Positions 16,883 to 27,044 of a stretch of DNA of 64,000 nt are shown here, piece after piece. Origin of the DNA: an uncultured virus (IMG/VR IMGVR_UViG_3300020044_003647) (lineage: Duplodnaviria > Heunggongvirae > Uroviricota > Caudoviricetes). Each line of letters opens with the position of its first letter. Position 1 is the stretch's first letter. The position numbers were made by a program, and so were the translations under genes. The notes under the pieces were generated by a model. It was not told the origin of the DNA, made no database searches, and saw only the letters and a program-made list of their open reading frames with translations. The stretch lies in IMG/VR virus record IMGVR_UViG_3300020044_003647; one strand, written 5' to 3'.

Positions 16883-18850
16883 TTAACCAAGTGAGGCATT
16901 TCGGATGATGTTACGGTCTAGTGATTGACCGCTAGTAACATCGCTAGGTACTACATACGCCTTAACTGGTGTTTGCTCTTTAGTAGACATTATACCTGCT
17001 AATTGATTTACTCCGCTATTGCCTACAACGTTGAACTGTGGTGCGCTTGGTGCGCTTCCTCCGCTTGGAACTCCACCACTACCACCTCCTCCACCTTTAG
17101 GAGTTTTAACTGCTAAAATCTTTTTAACCGATGCGTAACCAGAGGCTAATGCACCAGCTGCCGCGACTGCCCCTAACGCAATACCAACAGGCCCGGGAAC
17201 AGCTGCTGTCATTCCTTTAAATGCTGAAACTCCTGATTGTATAGTATCTATTGTTGTAGCTGCTATTGCCGCTGCCTTACCAGCATCTGTGCTTTCTCCC
17301 AATAAACTTGCAGCTGTTTTTAGTGATGAAGAATAAGCCGAAAGGGCAACCTGTCTAGCTTGTTGTTTCTTTTTTTCAATTTCATTTATTGCATCCGCAT
17401 TTTCTTTTTCTTGTTGGTATGCTTTATCTTGTGCAGTAAGATTTATATCATTTAAATTGTTTAAATGTTGTATCTCTAATTCTTCGGTATCATACCCAGC
17501 TTTTACCGCATTATCATATTTAATTTTATACGCTTCATTTTCTGTTTGTATTGCTAATTCTTGCTCTGTAAGTAATCGATCCGCATTTGCTTTTCTAGCT
17601 GCCTCAACGTCATCTTGCGCTTTGTAACCTTGTTCTCTTTGTAAATCTCTAGCCTTTTCTGCGTACTCCTGTTGTATCTTTAATAATTCTTCGGCTTCTT
17701 TTTTTGCTGCCGCTATTGCATCATCTAAATTTTTTTGCTCAATAGTATCTAATTTGTCTTTAGCTTCTTTGTCAATCGCTTGTTTAGATAATTGATACCC
17801 TGCTCTATCATTTAACAATTTATCTATTGTTTCTTGGGAAGCCTTAACTGTTTTATCTCCTTCCGCTTTTACTTGCTCTGGATTAAATCCTAATTTAGCA
17901 ATATAATCAGCTGCTTTATCTCCAAGAGTTTCGTCTAATTTTCCTTTTATATTTACTCCAGGAATCTTATTTAGCAAATCAATAATATTATTTATTGACT
18001 TTGCTGCGTTTTCGTATAAAAATCTAGTAGGTATAGAAACAAAATCAATATAAGATTTTAACATCTCATAATTTCTTTGTGCGCCTTCAACCGCTAACTG
18101 TGTATTTAAGATTTGATTTTGTTGATTTATTTTATTAGCTGTTATAGCTTCATCTGTTTGCTTAATCTTAATATCTAAAATCTCTTTTTCAGATTTGCCT
18201 TGAAGTTTTAAAATATTATCTTGATTGCCTATTGCTTTTAATTTTTCTGCTTCTAAATCAACATTCTTTTGTGAAGCAGCGTTAAGTTTCTTTTGTTCTT
18301 CACTTACGCCGCTAACAGCTTCTTTTATATCATCCCAATAAGCATAAATTGCACCTAGCGCAACAACTAATAAACCAATACCTGTACTTCCTATTGCGGT
18401 TCTAATGCTTTTAAACGCATCAACCGCAACTGCTCCAAGTTGTTTAAATGAATCTCTAGCCTCTCCTATTTGTTGAAGTCCTGCACTTAAAGCCATTGCA
18501 GACTGAACCTTTAAAAGTGTTTTTTCTACATCTTCTGACTGCTTTCCAAATAATGCTTGTGCACCTTGAATCGCAGCAAATCCTCCAGCTACTCCAGCCA
18601 AAGAACTACTTAACGCCTTAAATTTTGCATCTGGATTGAACGCATCAGTTAATGCCTTAGCATCCCCTATTTTGTCTTTTAACTCTCCTGCTCTTTTAGC
18701 TGCTTCAACTGCTTGTTGGGAAGTAACGCCAAACTTTTCAGATAGTGCCGCAACATCCGCTTGTGCTTGTCTTAACTGACTGCGTAATGAGCCGACCGCC
18801 TCGTCAGCGTTGCCTTGTACTTTTATATCAATTACTTTCTCTATTGCCAT
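16883..18850 (-). CDS. Tape-measure-like protein
   Basis: Ala/Lys-rich helical protein with hydrophobic segments; C-terminus shared with 50519..52351. Confidence 0.7.
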   Translation of the reverse strand: MAIEKVIDIKVQGNADEAVGSLRSQLRQAQADVAALSEKFGVTSQQAVEAAKRAGELKDKIGDAKALTDAFNPDAKFKALSSSLAGVAGGFAAIQGAQALFGKQSEDVEKTLLKVQSAMALSAGLQQIGEARDSFKQLGAVAVDAFKSIRTAIGSTGIGLLVVALGAIYAYWDDIKEAVSGVSEEQKKLNAASQKNVDLEAEKLKAIGNQDNILKLQGKSEKEILDIKIKQTDEAITANKINQQNQILNTQLAVEGAQRNYEMLKSYIDFVSIPTRFLYENAAKSINNIIDLLNKIPGVNIKGKLDETLGDKAADYIAKLGFNPEQVKAEGDKTVKASQETIDKLLNDRAGYQLSKQAIDKEAKDKLDTIEQKNLDDAIAAAKKEAEELLKIQQEYAEKARDLQREQGYKAQDDVEAARKANADRLLTEQELAIQTENEAYKIKYDNAVKAGYDTEELEIQHLNNLNDINLTAQDKAYQQEKENADAINEIEKKKQQARQVALSAYSSSLKTAASLLGESTDAGKAAAIAATTIDTIQSGVSAFKGMTAAVPGPVGIALGAVAAAGALASGYASVKKILAVKTPKGGGGGSGGVPSGGSAPSAPQFNVVGNSGVNQLAGIMSTKEQTPVKAYVVPSDVTSGQSLDRNIIRNASLG

Positions 18851-18975
18851 TTCGCTGCTTTTTTAAATAATTCCCAGTTATTTGTATATTGATATTTTCC
18901 CTTTGCGGTTTCGATTGTTTCGTTGCCTTTATAGTCCTCTGCTATTTGTAGCATCTGTAAAATTTGATTAAGCAT
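18841..18975 (-). CDS. 44-aa conserved peptide upstream of the tape-measure gene
   Basis: MLNQILQMLQ..AKGKYQ..NW..AAKWQ; homologue 52333..52473. Confidence 0.55.
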   Translation of the reverse strand: MLNQILQMLQIAEDYKGNETIETAKGKYQYTNNWELFKKAAKWQ

Positions 18976-21355
18976 ATTGATAAACTAATATTGAAATGGT
19001 TGTACTTACTGCTCCTTTGTAATATTCAATTAAAATCTCGTCTTGCCTATCTACTCCGCTTGTGTTAATTGGTATAGATATATCCATAATTCCATCGGAA
19101 TACGTATTGCCTTTGAAATATGTACCGTTTAAAAATCCTATTGCTAATTTACTTCGCCATAAAGTCCTATCTTGCAAGTAAACTTGTAACTGTATATCCT
19201 GCGCTGTGTTGTCTAAAATTAAACTTTGTAAGTTTGTATTACGATTAACTGAACCATCCGTTAAAATGTTTCTAAAGTCGTTTAATAGTTCAATGTTGCA
19301 TTCTTTTGTAGATAGGTTAGTTGTCATTTTATTTATAACATATCTTTTGTTTTGAACTATAACCCTATCATTTAATTTTAAGCTAGTCAATAAAGGTGTA
19401 GTAATTTTAAATTTATAGTTCATTAAACGAGTTGAAAGGTTGTAAAGGTTTTCGATATAATTAGCGTAAAATCTACCGTATAATCCTTTAGGTGGTGCGC
19501 TTGTTGGTTGCCACGCTGAAATTTCATCACTCCAACAATTAGAAATTAAAGTAGCTGTATCTGTTCCTCCAATATTTAACTCATTACTAAATCTGATATA
19601 ATAAGCAGTTTGAAAAGTATCCGCACTAAATTTATATTCAATGTCGGTTGCTACACCATCAACTAATAAATCTTCTCTGCCATTATTGTAAAGTAATATA
19701 GGTTTTGGAACATACGGATTTGTATCTTTATCCCAACAAGTTGCAGTTAAAAATGTAGTACTTAAACCACCCGCAGTAACTGGATAGCGTTCAAACATTA
19801 TATTTTCAAAAGGTAATTTAACTTCATAGTTTTCTGTGAATGCTGATGATTGGTTTTCGTATAATAAATCTGCGTAATATCTATTAAACAACCCACGAAA
19901 AGCATTGTTTAAAATATTGGTTGACTGCTCAAATAAAAATGAAATCTTACGAAATAATCTAGGCGAATTAATATCAATATTCTCTTTATTAATATGCTTT
20001 GTAATATCTGTTATTTGCCCTCTTGCATACCAGACTTCCATTGTAACAAACTCAAAAGAATTTTCATTACTTGGTACAATCATAAGATTAAACATCTTTA
20101 CAATACCCGTTAAGAAGTCTAATACTTTAATTTTTGGGATATAGTTGCGTATGTTTAAGTTTGCACTTGTGTTTTGTGTATCTCCATAAGAATAATTATA
20201 AAGCCAACCATAAGTTGAACCAAAAGGAGCAAATCTTTTAAATTCCATTTGACTTGTAAAACTTAAAGGAAATTCACTTGCAACAAAAAAAGTAAATTTA
20301 TGCTCTGGAAATTCACCATTTATTAATGGTTCTGTTTGCCTACTATTGGCATAACAATTCCATTCTAAATAACCAGTAAAGTTTTCAATACTTGCAATTA
20401 AAATACCATTGTCATAAACTTGAACTGTATAAGGTATTGAATCATCTGTAGGGGCAATATCAATCCACACTTGTATTTGAGTAGCAAAATTAAAACTTCT
20501 ATATTGAAAAGCTAAAGTACTTGTTGCAACATCATAATAATTTGTATCGTTAAGACTCCAGCCGTTATCGCCTTGAACTAATAAAGGCTCAGTCCTAACT
20601 GTAAATGTTTCGCTATTTTTACAATACAACCATAACTTTTGAAACTCTAAAGTATCAAAGAAAACTCCGCTAAAATTTAAACCGTATGCACTTTGTATGT
20701 ACTCTAATATCTTACTAACTGGAATGGCAGGAAATAACTCCCTTGAATCAATCGCTCCCGTTGGCGTTGTAATATCATAAGCACCACCATCGCCACATTG
20801 ATAGCGTCTAGTATTTCCAATTAAAGGGAATCTTACATTTGGATATGAAACAGTACTGCCTAATAAAATGCTACGGACAGCAATACGGTCATATTCAAAA
20901 TTTAATTCATTGTAGGCACTAACTCCATCAACTTGCAAATTTGCTATTTCATCTTCTTGGAATTTGTCTTTTAACTGGACTAAATTACCCACGAAATTAA
21001 TTGAATAGCTTTCAATCATTCCATTCTTTGCGTTGGCTTTGGTTAGTTTAAATTTACCATATCTAAATGGTATCGTGTCTATTTCAATGAATCCGTAGTA
21101 ACTAATTCTATGGTCAAATCCGTTTTGTAATGCGCTTTCGTACCAATGTTTAAAAATCTTATTGTTATGTGTAGATGCCGGAACTGTAAACGACTGTGAA
21201 TAGTCCGTAAATATTGCGCCTAAATCATTAAAGTTTTGAATCGATGAAGTAATACTAATATTCTCATCTGCAAATAATTCTATTCTATGTGATATTGGAG
21301 TTAGTACGCTATCAATTAACTCGTCTATGTAAATATAAAGTGCTACCGTTCTCAT
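18968..21355 (-). CDS. Large minor tail / baseplate protein
   Basis: Homologue 52466..54934; tail-module context. Confidence 0.6.
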   Translation of the reverse strand: MRTVALYIYIDELIDSVLTPISHRIELFADENISITSSIQNFNDLGAIFTDYSQSFTVPASTHNNKIFKHWYESALQNGFDHRISYYGFIEIDTIPFRYGKFKLTKANAKNGMIESYSINFVGNLVQLKDKFQEDEIANLQVDGVSAYNELNFEYDRIAVRSILLGSTVSYPNVRFPLIGNTRRYQCGDGGAYDITTPTGAIDSRELFPAIPVSKILEYIQSAYGLNFSGVFFDTLEFQKLWLYCKNSETFTVRTEPLLVQGDNGWSLNDTNYYDVATSTLAFQYRSFNFATQIQVWIDIAPTDDSIPYTVQVYDNGILIASIENFTGYLEWNCYANSRQTEPLINGEFPEHKFTFFVASEFPLSFTSQMEFKRFAPFGSTYGWLYNYSYGDTQNTSANLNIRNYIPKIKVLDFLTGIVKMFNLMIVPSNENSFEFVTMEVWYARGQITDITKHINKENIDINSPRLFRKISFLFEQSTNILNNAFRGLFNRYYADLLYENQSSAFTENYEVKLPFENIMFERYPVTAGGLSTTFLTATCWDKDTNPYVPKPILLYNNGREDLLVDGVATDIEYKFSADTFQTAYYIRFSNELNIGGTDTATLISNCWSDEISAWQPTSAPPKGLYGRFYANYIENLYNLSTRLMNYKFKITTPLLTSLKLNDRVIVQNKRYVINKMTTNLSTKECNIELLNDFRNILTDGSVNRNTNLQSLILDNTAQDIQLQVYLQDRTLWRSKLAIGFLNGTYFKGNTYSDGIMDISIPINTSGVDRQDEILIEYYKGAVSTTISILVYQYA

Positions 21356-22443
21356 TAATTTACATCGTTGATTAAGTTAAAAGCATATTCAAACTCCATT
21401 TCATAATTAATCATTTTATCTTTTAACCTTGTTTTCTTTTGGATTTGTCGGCTTGTTAATGTGGCAGGAATATTGTCAAGTAATACCGTTTCGCTATTGG
21501 TTAAGTCTGCTAATAGTTCAATATAGTTTTCATCAACCCATCCAGTATTAACTTTTATCTTTTGTGTTTGCTCAAAGTTGAAATTCTTTTTTTGCCCTCT
21601 TAATGGATTGTAGTCAACCGCATCTGAAAGTAGATTATACTCTTTAGTTTTAGTATCGTAGTTTGTTGAACTTGCTTTGAAGAATGTTAAGTATTGCCAC
21701 CCTCCAAATTTATTTATAAAAGCGCATTTAATCGGTGTATAAAGACAATCATCCCCATTTAAAAAGTAAACAAATGGTTGAGCAGGAACATCGCCAGAAG
21801 TATCTAATCTAACTTGTACACTATTGCCGTTTTCTAATCCGCTTGTTGCAGTTCGATATGGTACTTTAAGCAAATAAACTCGAGTATCATCTGAACTCGT
21901 TAAAACAGTTACATTCTCAATCGTTGCGTTGGATAGGTTTCTGTATCTATAAACTAGATCATAACCACCCGAATTATCAAAGTCAACTAATACGTTAAAA
22001 TATTGGTTGTTATCGGCTCTCATAAGTTTAACATCTGTATTTAGTAAACAAAGAACATCGGTATTTATTAATTGATTATAACCACCCGTGTAATCTGTAT
22101 ATCCGTTAACAGCAGTAAATAAGTCATTAACTACTGAAATCCACTCGCCATCTAAAGCATCTTTATAATATGATGAATAATAAACCATAGCAAACATATT
22201 TTCATCATCCTCTGTTGGTGTTATAGAAGTAGGCGCTATATTTTCTAAATAGTCTTTAATATAAGGGGAAATATTAAAAGTACACGCTCTGTTTACTGTG
22301 TCAGGGATTTGTTTCTCTAGTACAATAGTTGGGTAAATTGGCGCACCATCCGCAGCGTAAATAACCATTTCTACTTTTGTGAGTAGTTGGCCAGTTTCGT
22401 TAACTATAATCGTGTATGGACTTCTAACAAATATTACTTTCAT
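21355..22443 (-). CDS. Minor tail / structural protein
   Basis: FINKFGGWQY..F and NTGWVDEN motifs; homologue 54935..56026. Confidence 0.6.
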   Translation of the reverse strand: MKVIFVRSPYTIIVNETGQLLTKVEMVIYAADGAPIYPTIVLEKQIPDTVNRACTFNISPYIKDYLENIAPTSITPTEDDENMFAMVYYSSYYKDALDGEWISVVNDLFTAVNGYTDYTGGYNQLINTDVLCLLNTDVKLMRADNNQYFNVLVDFDNSGGYDLVYRYRNLSNATIENVTVLTSSDDTRVYLLKVPYRTATSGLENGNSVQVRLDTSGDVPAQPFVYFLNGDDCLYTPIKCAFINKFGGWQYLTFFKASSTNYDTKTKEYNLLSDAVDYNPLRGQKKNFNFEQTQKIKVNTGWVDENYIELLADLTNSETVLLDNIPATLTSRQIQKKTRLKDKMINYEMEFEYAFNLINDVN

Positions 22444-22994
22444 TTTATTTCTTTTAATGTAAACTTCAAAAAGGTTTCTACATCTAAACCGTATTTTTCA
22501 ACTATGTTTTCATCTAAAGTTTTGTAGCTTGTTTCAAACGCTTCTCTAAAAAACTTTGTTTCGTTTGTACCCTTTAAATAAATGCTTCGGCTTATCATCG
22601 ACACCATCTGTTTACGTGTGGTAAACCTACCATCCTTGCCTCTAGTTCCTGCTAATCCTTTACGTACTACCCAGCTATCAATGGCTGTTCTTAAACCGCC
22701 TTTTTTACCCGTGCCACTTCCAAACTTATAAGGGGAGTTAGGTGCTTTTGCGCTTGAAATTTTACCCTTAACTCCATAATCTAAAAACTTCCAATAGTCC
22801 TCTGCATAAAAATCAAATGCAATACTTCGAGGCATTTCCTTTGTTTCAAATCTCAAAGAGTCGGTCAACTTGTTACTTGTATTATGTGAACCGTATTTGC
22901 CTCCTTTCTTTAAGTTAGACTTCGCCCGATCAATAACAAGTTTTCCGAACTCATTTAAAGCCTGCTGAACGTTATCAATCTTCACAACAAACAC
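22440..22994 (-). CDS. Putative neck / tail-completion protein
   Basis: Basic protein with YWKFLDYGVKG; homologue 56023..56550. Confidence 0.5.
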   Translation of the reverse strand: MFVVKIDNVQQALNEFGKLVIDRAKSNLKKGGKYGSHNTSNKLTDSLRFETKEMPRSIAFDFYAEDYWKFLDYGVKGKISSAKAPNSPYKFGSGTGKKGGLRTAIDSWVVRKGLAGTRGKDGRFTTRKQMVSMISRSIYLKGTNETKFFREAFETSYKTLDENIVEKYGLDVETFLKFTLKEIK

Positions 22995-23436
22995 TCATTG
23001 CGTTATTAGGAATAGAAAGCGTTAAATCTACTTTCCATCCGTCTAACATATTCGTAAATTCTAAAAGTATAGGCGTTAAATCTGAAACGTTTTCAATCTC
23101 AATATCAAACTCATTTCTCGTTAACTGCATTTTGGTTATAGCATAATTGATAATGGCGTGACAGGTATTTAGATTGTCAATCTCATTATCATTTCCTAAA
23201 AACTTATTATTTGATTTTACCTTTGACACGTTGCGAATATCTAGCACCGCTATTTCAAAAGTGAATGTATTATTTTGTCCGGGAGCAGATGCGCTCGTTA
23301 TATTAATATGGGCTAATGGAAATATATTCTTTTTTACATTATCGATTATATCCGTTCCCTGCGTGATTGTATTCACAAAAGGTGCATCTTTAATGCTATC
23401 TCGGATGAAGTTTAAACAAGTGTAGTATTGGTTCAT
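22975..23436 (-). CDS. Putative tail terminator
   Basis: IFPLAHI motif; homologue 56544..56972. Confidence 0.5.
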   Translation of the reverse strand: MNQYYTCLNFIRDSIKDAPFVNTITQGTDIIDNVKKNIFPLAHINITSASAPGQNNTFTFEIAVLDIRNVSKVKSNNKFLGNDNEIDNLNTCHAIINYAITKMQLTRNEFDIEIENVSDLTPILLEFTNMLDGWKVDLTLSIPNNAMSVCCED

Positions 23437-23693
23437 TTCTGTTGTGTTTGTTTTATTCTACGTGCTTCCTCTTTGCTTTCATCAATCAAGTAAGATAGTA
23501 ACGTGAGTGATTCAAAAAGAGGCTCTTTTCCAACGTCTGAAATTCTAATTTTAAGTTCTCGGCTAATTGTGATAAAGGATTGATACCATCCCCATCGTTC
23601 GGTAAAACTTCCTCCAAATTCAACTTCTCCCTCGCTGCCATCTTGGGAATAGAGCAAAGGGTGTTCTGTAATAATTCGCTGAATAAAGTCCAA
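23433..23693 (-). CDS. -1 frameshift extension of the tail assembly chaperone
   Basis: Begins at the slippery run GTTTTTTTTT (23692-23701). WGWY motif conserved in copy B. Confidence 0.7.
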   Translation of the reverse strand: MDFIQRIITEHPLLYSQDGSEGEVEFGGSFTERWGWYQSFITISRELKIRISDVGKEPLFESLTLLSYLIDESKEEARRIKQTQQK

Positions 23694-24178
23694 AAAAAAA
23701 CCATTGCGCCACGTACTATGTGCATCGGGGTATCGTTAAAATTTAAAGCAAGGGATTCATCGCCAGTAAACTCCTCAATCTCGTAATACTCTCCCGCTTT
23801 TCTTTTGATAGGTCGGTACATTACTGAAAGCATCAACTCTGTTAGTTCATCTTTGCCCATACAGGTATCAATGGTTGCGTGTTCCCCTAGTGAGATGCGT
23901 TCCATATTTGGAATAAAGCCATAATTTACGCCATTCATTTTAAACGTACGTGTAAGTGCAGGCGATTGGTCGAGCGTTTGCGATATTGTTTTTACGATAT
24001 CGGCAAATTCAATCGCAGGAAGTTTCATTACATCGCTAACTTCTATATTGCAAAAGATAGCCACCATCTGAATACAGATGTACGTTTCATCGTCTGCATT
24101 ATCGGCTACTACCTTTTGATAACGCTTGTATTGTGATAGCGTTATTTCTTTTAAATCTGTTGGAATTACTACTCTCAT
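23486..24178 (-). CDS. Tail assembly chaperone-like protein
   Basis: EITLSQY, YGFIPN and YRP motifs; internal slippery site; homologue 57048..57713. Confidence 0.6.
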   Translation of the reverse strand: MRVVIPTDLKEITLSQYKRYQKVVADNADDETYICIQMVAIFCNIEVSDVMKLPAIEFADIVKTISQTLDQSPALTRTFKMNGVNYGFIPNMERISLGEHATIDTCMGKDELTELMLSVMYRPIKRKAGEYYEIEEFTGDESLALNFNDTPMHIVRGAMVFFWTLFSELLQNTLCSIPKMAAREKLNLEEVLPNDGDGINPLSQLAENLKLEFQTLEKSLFLNHSRYYLT

Positions 24179-24207
24179 ACTTATAAGACTAAAAAATGTG
24201 GTTTTGT

Positions 24208-25473
24208 TTATGTTATTATTACTTTTCGTGTAGGTTTTAATTCAAAATAGATACGCATCATTAACGCATCGCTATAATCAGGAGAACGGCCTATCTTCTT
24301 TTTAATTTCATCTTTGCTAATAATAGCAATTTTTGAAGCGTCAATCTCTTTTGCCAGTCTTACCATTTCTAACTCTTCTGTAAGTTGCCTTTCTTGAAAC
24401 TCGTTGCAGTCAATATAGATTTCATTTCTGTTTATAACCTCGGCCAACTTGTAATAACATTGCGTTTTAAGATTAACAAAATTTTCTTCTTTGTTATTGT
24501 ACTTAACTGGCCTTGCATTATTTGTAAATCCTATGCACTTCAGATAATCTTTTACGCCACCTCCAACTCCATCTTCATCAACTATAATATTGTTTCGGTT
24601 TACGTTGTATTTTGCGGCCAATTCATTTATTGCATCAACACTTTGATTAACCGTTGAAACTTGCATCTCTATTATTTCGCAAACTCTTAAACCATCCCAA
24701 ACAAAAATAACGGTTTTATCTTTTCCTAGTCGCGCAATATCGGCCGTTATAAATTTCACTCCGCTTTCAATATGTACATTTGAGAATAATTTAATAATAC
24801 TTTCATTCATTACTAACTGGCCTACATCTTCGGATTGCTCGGCCTCGTAAAGTTCTTTAAATATCTTTTCGGGCAAATCTCGTTTTGCTTGTAATACTTC
24901 CTCTTCATCAATTATCCCCTCGGCCACCGCATCCCAGCAAGTAACTCTAAAATACTCGTACTCTTTATCATTTCGCGCTTTCTCTTTTAGCTTATGCACC
25001 CAATTAGAAATGCCACCAAAGTTTCCAATCAATTTACAAGGTGCGTTTGTGGATGTTAATGTTGATCGCAAAGCAAACCACGCCTCCTCTCTTGCTCTCG
25101 GTGCTTCATCAAATACGCAAGCGTAAACATCTTCCCCATAAAGGTTATCGGGTTTCTCTGCCGACTTAAAATGTATTTCAGCACCATTAGGGCAATAGAT
25201 AATTAAATTGGTTTCATTAAAGCGATACATCTTTGTTGCAGATAGGTATCTTCTTAATCGATTAAAAGCTATTTTAGATTGATTAAATACGGGAGCAACC
25301 CACCAAAAGTTACGGCCTTGGTAATCGCTCCCCTCGTGTGCTTTTCCGTATAGCCAAATAATATGCGAAAACGTTTTACCTACCTTAGTTGATGCCTCGG
25401 TAATAGTAAAACGCGCTCGTGAGTTTAGTATCCTCTTTTGGTAAGTAGTTAATTTTGGTGGTATTATTTCCAT
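24208..25473 (-). CDS. terL: Terminase large subunit (Terminase_6-like)
   Basis: ASTKVGKT Walker A variant, VFDEA Walker B, ADIAR.G.D nuclease motif and SPDYSDAL. Confidence 0.85.
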   Translation of the reverse strand: MEIIPPKLTTYQKRILNSRARFTITEASTKVGKTFSHIIWLYGKAHEGSDYQGRNFWWVAPVFNQSKIAFNRLRRYLSATKMYRFNETNLIIYCPNGAEIHFKSAEKPDNLYGEDVYACVFDEAPRAREEAWFALRSTLTSTNAPCKLIGNFGGISNWVHKLKEKARNDKEYEYFRVTCWDAVAEGIIDEEEVLQAKRDLPEKIFKELYEAEQSEDVGQLVMNESIIKLFSNVHIESGVKFITADIARLGKDKTVIFVWDGLRVCEIIEMQVSTVNQSVDAINELAAKYNVNRNNIIVDEDGVGGGVKDYLKCIGFTNNARPVKYNNKEENFVNLKTQCYYKLAEVINRNEIYIDCNEFQERQLTEELEMVRLAKEIDASKIAIISKDEIKKKIGRSPDYSDALMMRIYFELKPTRKVIIT

Positions 25474-25730
25474 TGCGACATATCGACAATCGGTATTGCT
25501 CCATCGAGTTCGATTGTTTGGTCTGGTTTTCCAACAACATATTCCAAATATAGTTTAGCTGCTGCAATATCTTGATCGGCTATTGCTTTGTGTTTAACCA
25601 TATTCAAAACTGCCTTAACATCTTCGGGAGTTTGGCTTTCAGATATAACCTCTCTATATTGGTTTTTCCTTTTGTCAATTCCTTTGGCTTTTGTGCTGTG
25701 GCCTCCGTTGTTTTTTCTTGGATTATCCAT
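25464..25730 (-). CDS. Terminase small subunit (putative)
   Basis: Immediately upstream of terL; AAAKLYLEYVVGKP.Q motif. Confidence 0.6.
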   Translation of the reverse strand: MDNPRKNNGGHSTKAKGIDKRKNQYREVISESQTPEDVKAVLNMVKHKAIADQDIAAAKLYLEYVVGKPDQTIELDGAIPIVDMSQWK

Positions 25731-25740
25731 TTAATACAAT

Positions 25741-26028
25741 TTAACTATTAAATAACTTTTCTAAATCCTTTACCATTATCGCCATTATCTTTTCGCTTTT
25801 GGTGTTGGTGTTATCTAAGCCGAAGTATTTAAGATACAATGCTGCAATGTTAGCATCTGAACTATTAAACGCCTCGCAGTCTTTACAATCGATTTTACAA
25901 ATAGGCTTCTTGTGAGTCCATTTATCCATCGTGAATTGGCGATCCTCACATTTGGCACATTGCTTAATTCCAACTGCCTCTGTGATCTCTTTTACTATTG
26001 TTCCGATTTTTGGTTTTTTACTTGCCAT
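25741..26028 (-). CDS. Cys-containing hypothetical protein
   Basis: IG..V..IT.A.GI..C..CE.R; homologue 59254..59610. Confidence 0.65.
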   Translation of the reverse strand: MASKKPKIGTIVKEITEAVGIKQCAKCEDRQFTMDKWTHKKPICKIDCKDCEAFNSSDANIAALYLKYFGLDNTNTKSEKIMAIMVKDLEKLFNS

Positions 26029-26432
26029 ATCAATTTCTCTTTTACCATTTTATTAATTCTGTGAACTGTTTGGATGTGAATACCTGTTTGCCTTGAAAAT
26101 GGTCTTTGCCCCTCTAGTGTTGAACAAACAAACATTGTCTTTTCGTACCAAGTTAACCGCTTTGTCAGTTCGTCAAACTCTGGGAGCGTTATGTATTCAT
26201 CATCAATAATCTCAAACCTTGTAAAGTCATCGATTAGTATTTCTTTTGTCTTTAAGCTATCGTAAAATAAGTTTCTTAAGATGGTGTAAATGTACGAATT
26301 ATTTATATTCTTAAACGTATGCGCTTTTAAGTACATTTCCTGCACAATATCGTCAGCAAGGTCTTTGTCTTTCGTAATCTTGAAAGCCATCTGTCGCCAT
26401 TGCTTATCATCTTGTGCAAGTTTTTCAATCAT
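25995..26432 (-). CDS. Phage ECF-like sigma factor / late transcription activator
   Basis: LADDIVQEMYLK (region 2-like) and a C-terminal HTH. Confidence 0.65.
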   Translation of the reverse strand: MIEKLAQDDKQWRQMAFKITKDKDLADDIVQEMYLKAHTFKNINNSYIYTILRNLFYDSLKTKEILIDDFTRFEIIDDEYITLPEFDELTKRLTWYEKTMFVCSTLEGQRPFSRQTGIHIQTVHRINKMVKEKLIWQVKNQKSEQ

Positions 26433-26669
26433 CTAATTACATATCTTTTCCCCTAGTGTATGAACTCCTACTAAATCTCTTTGTCTTTGCGCTCCGGTGC
26501 AATCGTTTGATAGTACTGCTACTGTCCATCTGTAACCAGTTGGAAGTGCAAATACATCGGCTCTAATAATTGTTTCGCAAGAGCAGTTTGCAGGTTCTTC
26601 TTGTCTGGCTTGTTCATCGTTTGAGCAACTCGACAACGCTATTGCTAGTAATAAAATTATTCGTTTCAT
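26433..26669 (-). CDS. Small lipoprotein
   Basis: Lipobox ALSSC; own TACATTTG box just upstream. Confidence 0.7.
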   Translation of the reverse strand: MKRIILLLAIALSSCSNDEQARQEEPANCSCETIIRADVFALPTGYRWTVAVLSNDCTGAQRQRDLVGVHTLGEKICN

Positions 26670-26681
26670 AATTCAAATGTA

Positions 26682-26891
26682 TTAATTATTTTCTAATGTT
26701 TTACTTTTTATTCTATCTCGCACCCAGTCGGTAACATTTGACTTTGGATCTAAATCTATAACATCATCGTAAATTGTATCGTCTAGGTCGGATTTTCTGC
26801 AAATTTGCCTTGCATCCATAAAAGTTAAATTTTCTTGAAGTAGGTAACTTTTAAAAATTTCCCTATCGGTTGTAATTACTGCTATTTTCAT
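26682..26891 (-). CDS. Hypothetical protein
   Basis: Homologue 60306..60512. Confidence 0.75.
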   Translation of the reverse strand: MKIAVITTDREIFKSYLLQENLTFMDARQICRKSDLDDTIYDDVIDLDPKSNVTDWVRDRIKSKTLENN

Positions 26892-27044
26892 AATTATTTA
26901 ATTATTGTGTAATAAGTTATTAAATCGTTTTTCAAAGAAATATTTTCGTTTGTTAATCGCTCTATTTTTGCATCTTTTATTCTGTTTAATTCTAAAGCAG
27001 ATTTTAATTCATTCAGCATTATAGAGTAACTTTCAAAAGTTGGT

